DNA of 32,000 nucleotides. Source: Candidatus Nanobsidianus stetteri (GTDB lineage Archaea > Nanobdellota > Nanobdellia > Nanobdellales > Nanobdellaceae). Below are positions 8,427-15,332 of the stretch, in pieces (position 1 is the first letter of the stretch; each line of letters opens with the position of its first letter). The stretch is from positions 63,962-95,961 of the forward strand of contig NZ_QEFP02000004.1 in the NCBI RefSeq assembly GCF_003086415.1, in the 5' to 3' direction. The position numbers and the translations under genes are program-made. Under the pieces are notes generated by a model that searched no databases, was not told the origin of the DNA, and saw nothing but the letters and a program-made list of their open reading frames with translations.

Positions 8427-8682
8427 AGTATAAGTTTGATATATTGTAATTTTTTATTAAATATAACAAAATAAGAATTATTTTTTATTTAATAGATAAG
8501 TAAAGAATTATTATTATAATATTTTTTAACTATAAAAATAGTTATTTTTAATAATTTTTTCTTTCCGGACTATCTTAATCCTTAATTGATATAATTTCTC
8601 TTATAAATATAATGTAAGCTATCATACTTTTTCTGAAAACCTTTTAATTTTGGCATGGTCAAAATTAAAACATATTTAAAAA

Positions 8683-9348
<666 letters not shown>

Positions 9349-9355
9349 TTAATAA

Positions 9356-9380
9356 TTTATAAAATTCGTAAATTTATAAG
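9356..9380. promoter_or_regulatory. two palindromic TATA-like boxes serving the divergent tpiA and ATPase genes
   Basis: TTTATAAAA (9356..9364) lies about 29 nt from ATG 9389. TTTATAAG (9373..9380) lies about 28 nt from the tpiA start at 9348. The whole intergenic gap is 40 nt. Confidence 0.4.
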
Positions 9381-9388
9381 AATTTATA

Positions 9389-11947
9389 ATGTGGCATTCT
9401 TTATCCATTGAAGAGGTATTAAAAAGGCTAAATACATCAAATAAGGGTTTAGATGATTATGAAGCTGAAAGAAGGTTAAAAATATATGGAGAAAATAAAA
9501 TAAGATTAGAAAAAAAGAATTTTATAGAAATTATAATAGAATATTTAAAAAATCCCTTCTTATTATTATTTATTGTTGCAGATATATTATCAATTATTTT
9601 TGGTGGTATTAGTGAAGGTTCTGCAATAACATTATTTCTAATATTGTATATAATATCGGATTACTTACATGATAAAAAATCTGAAAAAATAATAAAATCT
9701 TTAGAAGAAAATATAGAAAGTAATGTTTTAGTTATTAGAAATGGAAAATATGAATATGTAAAATCATCAAAAATTGTTCCTGGAGATATTATTGTATTAA
9801 AATATGGACAGAGAGCTCCTGCAGATATAAGGATAATAGAATCAATTGATCTAGAAGTTGATGAAAGTTCCCTAACTGGTGAATCCGAACCTGTAAAAAA
9901 ATATAATACAATATTACCAAAGGACATTCCAGTAAAAGAAAGAAAAAATATGATATATCAGAATAGTTATATAATAAAGGGAATTGCAATTGGTGTTGTA
10001 GTTGAAACTGGAAATAATACATATTATGGAAGTATATATAAAAATATAAGTAAACAAAGAAGGAGTAAATCTCTATTACAAGAAGAATTAGATAAATTTT
10101 CATATTATATGATAATAATTATATCAATAATTGTAATTATATCTTTTGTAATATTATTAATAAAAAATATACTAAATTTATATCAACTAATAATATTTGT
10201 AATAGCTTTGGCTATTGTTGTAATACCTGAGGGATTACCTGCAGCATTAGTATTAATATATACAATAAGCAGTCAAAAATTAGAAAAAGATAATATATAT
10301 ATAAAAGATCCAAATATATTGGAAGATATTAGCAATATAGATACCGCTGTTTTAGATAAAACAGGTACAATTACATATAATGAATTAATTATAGATAAAT
10401 TTTTCTATAATGGTAAATTTTATGATGTAAAATATTATAAAGATAAGGCAGAGATAATATATAATAAAAAAATAATAAATATAGATGAAGTAAAAGAATT
10501 CTTAATATTTTTGTATAATTCAATAGAGGATTATTTAACAATAGATATAGAAAAAAATATTGGAGATCCTATAAATTTATCAATATACAGATTGGCAAAA
10601 TATTTTAAGATTTCTAAATTTTTAGAAAGATATTCTGTAAATTATTTTGATCCATATAGAAAAAGATCTTCTGTAATAGTAAAATATAATGATAAGAAAT
10701 ATTCAATAATAAAAGGCTCTCCATCTTCCATTTTATCTATTTCAAAATATATAATAATAAACAATAAAATATTTAGAATAGATAAATATAGAGAAAAAAT
10801 TGAAAAAATTGAAAAAGAATACGGAAAAAGGGGTTATAAAATATTGGCAATTGGTATTAAAGAAATAAAAGAAAATGAAGATCCAGAAAAGGATATAACA
10901 TTCTTAGGATTATTATTTATAAAGGATAAAATAAGGGATGGAGTTTTAAAATATATAAAAGAATTGGAAGATCTTGGTATAAATATATATATAGTAACTG
11001 GGGATAATAAAGATCATACACTAGGAATATTGAAATTATTAAAATTAAATTATAAAATAATAGATGCAAATGAGATAAAAAAATTAAATGAAAATTATTT
11101 ATACAAAATATTAAAGGATTATCATGTTATAGTAAATGCGGATCCTTTAGACAAATATAGAATTGTAAAAACACTAAAGGATAAGGGACATAGAGTATTA
11201 TTTGTTGGTGATGGTACAAATGATGCTATAGCATTGAAGATATCCAATGTAGGTGTTTCATTTTATAATGCAACAGACATAGCAAAAGACTCTGCAAATG
11301 TTATATTAATGGATAAGGGAATAGATAATATAACAAAACTAATTATGGAAGGAAAAAGGATTATATATAATTTAAAAGTATATATTTTAGTAATGTTATC
11401 TGAATTATTGGGGATATTTTTATTTATTTCAATTGGATTTTTTATATATAATCAAATATTTTTACAAGCTTTACAATTATTATTATTAAATTTAGTAATT
11501 GAAACAATTAATTCATTATACATGGGTTCCTCAGATGTCAAAGATAAAAAAATATTAAAGAAAATGAAGGTTAAAATATTTGATAGATCTACAAAATTAG
11601 AAATAATAAGAAATATGATATTTATTGGACTTACTTCCTTAATTGTTGCTCTAGCTACAAATGATAATAGCTATATAATAATATTATTCTTGATAGCAAC
11701 ACAAGGAATATTATATATACATTATGAAAAAATATTCTCATTAAATATAACAAAAACAAAAGAATATTATTTATCAATATTTTTATCCACATTTATAACA
11801 TCTATATTTTTAATTGGATATTTAAGAGAAATTATTCAATTTATAATACCATCTTTAATTGATATAGCAATATTTACAATAGTTTCCTTATATTTCTTCT
11901 TTATATATTGGGTAATAGAAAGAGTAGAAAATGTCAGAGGTATCTGA
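9389..11947 (+). CDS. P-type cation-transporting ATPase (P2-like)
   Basis: It has an N-terminal Cation_ATPase_N-like LSIEEVLKRLNTSNKGLDDYEAERRLKIYGEN. It also has TGESEPV, PEGLPA, the phosphorylation site DKTGTIT, VTGDN, GDGTNDA and multiple TM segments. Confidence 0.9.
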   Translation: MWHSLSIEEVLKRLNTSNKGLDDYEAERRLKIYGENKIRLEKKNFIEIIIEYLKNPFLLLFIVADILSIIFGGISEGSAITLFLILYIISDYLHDKKSEKIIKSLEENIESNVLVIRNGKYEYVKSSKIVPGDIIVLKYGQRAPADIRIIESIDLEVDESSLTGESEPVKKYNTILPKDIPVKERKNMIYQNSYIIKGIAIGVVVETGNNTYYGSIYKNISKQRRSKSLLQEELDKFSYYMIIIISIIVIISFVILLIKNILNLYQLIIFVIALAIVVIPEGLPAALVLIYTISSQKLEKDNIYIKDPNILEDISNIDTAVLDKTGTITYNELIIDKFFYNGKFYDVKYYKDKAEIIYNKKIINIDEVKEFLIFLYNSIEDYLTIDIEKNIGDPINLSIYRLAKYFKISKFLERYSVNYFDPYRKRSSVIVKYNDKKYSIIKGSPSSILSISKYIIINNKIFRIDKYREKIEKIEKEYGKRGYKILAIGIKEIKENEDPEKDITFLGLLFIKDKIRDGVLKYIKELEDLGINIYIVTGDNKDHTLGILKLLKLNYKIIDANEIKKLNENYLYKILKDYHVIVNADPLDKYRIVKTLKDKGHRVLFVGDGTNDAIALKISNVGVSFYNATDIAKDSANVILMDKGIDNITKLIMEGKRIIYNLKVYILVMLSELLGIFLFISIGFFIYNQIFLQALQLLLLNLVIETINSLYMGSSDVKDKKILKKMKVKIFDRSTKLEIIRNMIFIGLTSLIVALATNDNSYIIILFLIATQGILYIHYEKIFSLNITKTKEYYLSIFLSTFITSIFLIGYLREIIQFIIPSLIDIAIFTIVSLYFFFIYWVIERVENVRGI

Positions 11948-11990
11948 ATTTCATCATGTATCAGCTAACTCTGACCTTCATCACTATTTT
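11928..11990 (-). ncRNA. C/D box sRNA candidate (2'-O-methylation guide)
   Basis: The minus strand reads AAAAU-A-GUGAUGA(C)-AGGUCAGAGUUAG-CUGA(D')-UAC-AUGAUGA(C')-AAUUCAGAUACCU-CUGA(D)-C-AUUUU. All four boxes match consensus, both guides are 13 nt, and there is a 5-bp terminal A-U stem. It lies in the 72-nt gap between the ATPase and GT2 genes. Confidence 0.65.
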
Positions 11991-12019
11991 TAATAATATT
12001 AATATAAAATATAATTTTT

Positions 12020-13147
12020 ATGGATCTCCCTAAAATATCAATTATATTTCCTATTTATAAAAAAAGTAAACATTTGGAAAATAATATTAAAAAAATATTA
12101 GAAGATCCTTATCCAAATGATCTAAAAGAAATAATAATATCAATAGACTCGCCGGAAAATGATTTTTTAAATAAATTAATGGAATTAAAAAGTAAGTATA
12201 AAAATATAACATTGGTTATATCAAAAGAGAGACGGGGAAAGGTTTCTGCAACTAATGATGCAGTAAAAATATCTTCTGGAGAAATTTTATTTTTCTTTGA
12301 TTCAGATGTTTTCATTGATTATATCGATATAAAAAGTATTGTTAATGAATTAAAAGAATATGATATAATAGAATTTTATAAGGAAATAATTAAAAAAGGT
12401 TGGCTTGGATATCTTATGTTCATAGAATTTTCTTTATATTTTGATATTATTGATCCGATATTAAATAGGACAAAAAAACCATTATTCTTAAATGGTAGTG
12501 GATTTGCAACTAAAAAAAATGTATGGAATGATGTTGAAGGATACTCTAAAGTATATGTAGAAGACGTTGATTTTGCCATGAAAGCTGGAAAAAAGGGATA
12601 TAAATATCATATGTCAAAAAATATAAGATTACTAATTGAACCATTAAAAAATTTAAGGCAATGGATTGATCAAAGGAAAAGATGGAGTTTTGGGTTGATA
12701 GAAGTAATATTAAATCATCTAGATTATATGGTAGATTTTTTTATTCACAATATGTTAACCTCTATATTTATAATTCTAATTTTATATTTACCATATTTAA
12801 TATGGACTTATATATACATTTACCTACCAGCCTCTTTCTTATATCAGGTTGCTATAGGTATGTACGAAAACTTATCTAAAAATATTAGTTTTATATACTT
12901 AATAATATTAAATCCTACATCCATTTTCCAAACATTTTACATTCTATATCTAACATTACTATATATAATGATAACATCTTCTTACATATATTTATTAATT
13001 TCAGTAAAAAGAAGAAAGTTGTATAATTTTCTTTCATTTATATTATTTTCAGTATTATATATACCATTATATGAGATTATCTTAATATATGATATAATAT
13101 ATTATGGAATATTTGAAAGGGCTCCAAAGATGAATTGGAAGGTTTGA
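12020..13147 (+). CDS. family 2 glycosyltransferase with C-terminal polytopic membrane domain (processive-synthase-like)
   Basis: It starts with ISIIFPIYK, carries the DxD-type FFDSDV and the QRKRWSFG (QxxRW) motif, and ends in several hydrophobic helices. Confidence 0.8.
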   Translation: MDLPKISIIFPIYKKSKHLENNIKKILEDPYPNDLKEIIISIDSPENDFLNKLMELKSKYKNITLVISKERRGKVSATNDAVKISSGEILFFFDSDVFIDYIDIKSIVNELKEYDIIEFYKEIIKKGWLGYLMFIEFSLYFDIIDPILNRTKKPLFLNGSGFATKKNVWNDVEGYSKVYVEDVDFAMKAGKKGYKYHMSKNIRLLIEPLKNLRQWIDQRKRWSFGLIEVILNHLDYMVDFFIHNMLTSIFIILILYLPYLIWTYIYIYLPASFLYQVAIGMYENLSKNISFIYLIILNPTSIFQTFYILYLTLLYIMITSSYIYLLISVKRRKLYNFLSFILFSVLYIPLYEIILIYDIIYYGIFERAPKMNWKV

Positions 13148-14130
13148 TGATGAAAAGAATAGTAATATTGGGAACTTCATCTTCAATGCCTACTAAAAGT
13201 AGAAATCATCCAGGGATATTTATAAAATTCAATAAGAAAGGAATTTTACTAGATTGTGGAGAAAATATACAAAGACAATTAAGAATAATGAAAATCTCAC
13301 CAACTGATATAGATTATATATTAATTACACATTGGCACGGAGATCATATTTTAGGATTACCAGGTATTTTTCAAAGTTTATCTAGCATGAATTATAATAA
13401 AAAATTAAATATAATAATTCCAAAAGAAAATATAGAAAATTTAAAAAAAATAATTGAGGGTTTTATTATTCCGATAAACTTCGATATAAATATAATAGAA
13501 GCAAGAGAGGGTTTAATAGTTGATGAAGAAGATTTCCAAATATATGGGATAAAAACAAAACATTCTACAATATCTTATTCATATTATATTATAGAAAAAG
13601 ATTATATTAAACTAGATAAAGATCTTCTAAATAAATATAATATAAAAAATAAAGAATTAATTAAAAAATTAAAAGAAGGAAAGGAAATAGAAATAAATGG
13701 TAAAAAAATATCTTATAAAGATGTAGGATATATAAAGAGAGGGATTAAAATTACATATATTACTGATACAATATTTTTTGATAAATTGATTGAATTTGCG
13801 AGGGATAGTACAATATTAATATCTGAATCTACATATTTCTTCCAACCAGATCTTGCAAAGAAAAATATGCATATGGATTTTTTAGAAGTTAGAGAGATAT
13901 TTAATAGAAGTAATAGCAAAATATTATTATTAACACATTTTAGTCAAAGATATGAGGAAGAAATGGAAAATATAAGGAAAGATATTGAAGAAAAAAATGA
14001 AAATATTTATATATTGGACGACTTTGATGAAATATATATCTACAAAGATAAAATAGAATTAAAATTAAAGAGAAAGGAAATTATTTATAAATATGATGAA
14101 AAAACTGGAGATGTATTAAGACTCAATTAA
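13147..14130 (+). CDS. rnz: ribonuclease Z (tRNA 3' endonuclease, metallo-beta-lactamase fold)
   Basis: ILGTSSSMPTKSRNHPG and ITHWHGDHILGLPG (HxHxDH) are present, as is a C-terminal LLLTHFSQRY. ATG 13147 overlaps the GT2 stop (TGATG). The track start at 13135 is a TTG. Confidence 0.85.
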   Translation: MMKRIVILGTSSSMPTKSRNHPGIFIKFNKKGILLDCGENIQRQLRIMKISPTDIDYILITHWHGDHILGLPGIFQSLSSMNYNKKLNIIIPKENIENLKKIIEGFIIPINFDINIIEAREGLIVDEEDFQIYGIKTKHSTISYSYYIIEKDYIKLDKDLLNKYNIKNKELIKKLKEGKEIEINGKKISYKDVGYIKRGIKITYITDTIFFDKLIEFARDSTILISESTYFFQPDLAKKNMHMDFLEVREIFNRSNSKILLLTHFSQRYEEEMENIRKDIEEKNENIYILDDFDEIYIYKDKIELKLKRKEIIYKYDEKTGDVLRLN

Positions 14131-14556
14131 CTTTTTCAATTCTTCCTTTAATTCTTCTAATTCTGCAGATATGTCGTCAAGTTCTTTTCTAATTTGATTA
14201 TTATTTTCCTTATTTTCTTCATTCATTACTTCAACTTTTGGTTTCTTTCTTACTCTCTTTTTTTCTTTAATTTCTACCTTATCCAATTCTTCAGAATTAA
14301 TTTCCTTATATAGTTCTTCTATACCTTTTGTTTCTGGTAATGAATTTAATAGTTCGTCTATTATATCTTTTATAGACTTTATATTTTCCAATAATTTATC
14401 TAATCTCTGAATCCTAATTTCATGATTCTTTATATCATGCAATACATCATATAGTTGCAAATATATATTTCTTTTTACTCTCTTAATTACTCCCAATACA
14501 TCTTTCTCGGATTTTATTCCAACATATAGATCATCTAGAGACATTGTATGAACCAT
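14116..14556 (-). CDS. hypothetical coiled-coil protein with K/E-rich tail (146 aa)
   Basis: The ORF shows heptad-like repeats and no recognised family. The ATG at 14556 lies 4 nt after the tRNA-Gly 3' end, and a second in-frame ATG lies four codons downstream. Its 3' end overlaps rnz convergently by 15 nt. Confidence 0.6.
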   Translation of the reverse strand: MVHTMSLDDLYVGIKSEKDVLGVIKRVKRNIYLQLYDVLHDIKNHEIRIQRLDKLLENIKSIKDIIDELLNSLPETKGIEELYKEINSEELDKVEIKEKKRVRKKPKVEVMNEENKENNNQIRKELDDISAELEELKEELKKLIES

Positions 14557-14560
14557 TTTA

Positions 14561-14631
14561 TGCGCCGGCCGGGATTCGAACCCGGGTCTTAGGCTAGGCA
14601 GGCCTACGTCCTACCACTAGACTACCGGCGC
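14561..14631 (-). tRNA. tRNA-Gly (anticodon GCC)
   Basis: The manual fold has acceptor GCGCCGG/CCGGCGC plus A, D stem GUCU/GGAC, anticodon stem UAGGC/GCCUA with loop CUGCCUA, a 4-nt variable loop and T arm CCGGG-UUCGAAU-CCCGG. It is 71 nt and CCA is not encoded. Confidence 0.85.
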
Positions 14632-14639
14632 TCTCCATT

Positions 14640-15296
14640 CTATCTAAATATATCTAACACACTATTTATATTACTTTTCGATTCTTCCAATTTTTCTTTT
14701 AATCCTTTTATACTTTCTAATCTCTTATTTTCATCTTCCTTTAATTCACTAACTAATTTTTCTACTTCAGACATCTTTTCCTTTAATTGTTGTAATAGTT
14801 CTCTAACTCTTTTATAATCTTCTACCTTTATTAATAATTCTTTTCTTACTTCTAATGGTTTTTCTTCCTTTATATGTTTTTTATGAACACTTTCTTTAAC
14901 TTTTTCCTTCAATAATGGTTTATTTTCCTCTAAAGCTGGTTGTTGACTAAATCCTTGAGATCCAAACATTGGTTGTTGATTTCCAAATCCTCCAAATTGT
15001 TGGTTATTAATATTCTGAACTCCACCGATATTTTGTTGTCCCATTCCTGCAAATTGTTGTTGACCAAATCCCTGGGATCCGAATGCTGGTTGCTGGTTTT
15101 GGTTTCCTAATACGCCAAAACTACCCGGGTTGTTGTTATAATCATAAAGATTCTGGCCAGTTCCTGGAATATTATAATTATTACCCATATCCATTGACAT
15201 ACCGCCCATTCCTCCAAGTTGGTTTTTTAGATTGTCTAGGTCTCCATAAAAGTCTTCTTCATTCTTATTCTTTTTCTTAAATAAACTTATTACCAT
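14640..15296 (-). CDS. hypothetical protein with a Q/N/G-rich FG-like low-complexity domain plus a C-terminal coiled coil (218 aa)
   Basis: Residues from about 28 to 125 are almost free of K/E/I and rich in G, Q, N and F (AFGSQGFGQQQFAGMGQQ..QQFGGFGNQQPMFGSQGFSQQ). The C-terminal 90 aa are a K/E/L coiled coil. The stop lies 8 nt before tRNA-Gly. Confidence 0.7.
   Translation of the reverse strand: MVISLFKKKNKNEEDFYGDLDNLKNQLGGMGGMSMDMGNNYNIPGTGQNLYDYNNNPGSFGVLGNQNQQPAFGSQGFGQQQFAGMGQQNIGGVQNINNQQFGGFGNQQPMFGSQGFSQQPALEENKPLLKEKVKESVHKKHIKEEKPLEVRKELLIKVEDYKRVRELLQQLKEKMSEVEKLVSELKEDENKRLESIKGLKEKLEESKSNINSVLDIFR
14941..15096 (-). repeat. imperfect internal direct repeat (two 39-nt copies) inside the low-complexity domain
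   Basis: On the plus strand, 14941..14979 reads ttgttgactaaatccttgagatccaaacattggttgttg and 15058..15096 reads ttgttgaccaaatccctgggatccgaatgctggttgctg. These encode QQP(M/A)FGSQGF(S/G)QQ twice. Confidence 0.6.
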
Positions 15297-15332
15297 ATAA
15301 TATAATTAATAAGTCATAAAATATAAATCTTA

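Noticed and set aside
11934-11950. Complementarity of the C/D sRNA D-guide to the 3' end of the ATPase mRNA, considered as a regulatory interaction
   Set aside because: The complementarity is a trivial consequence of the sRNA gene overlapping the ATPase ORF in antisense. It is not evidence for targeting.
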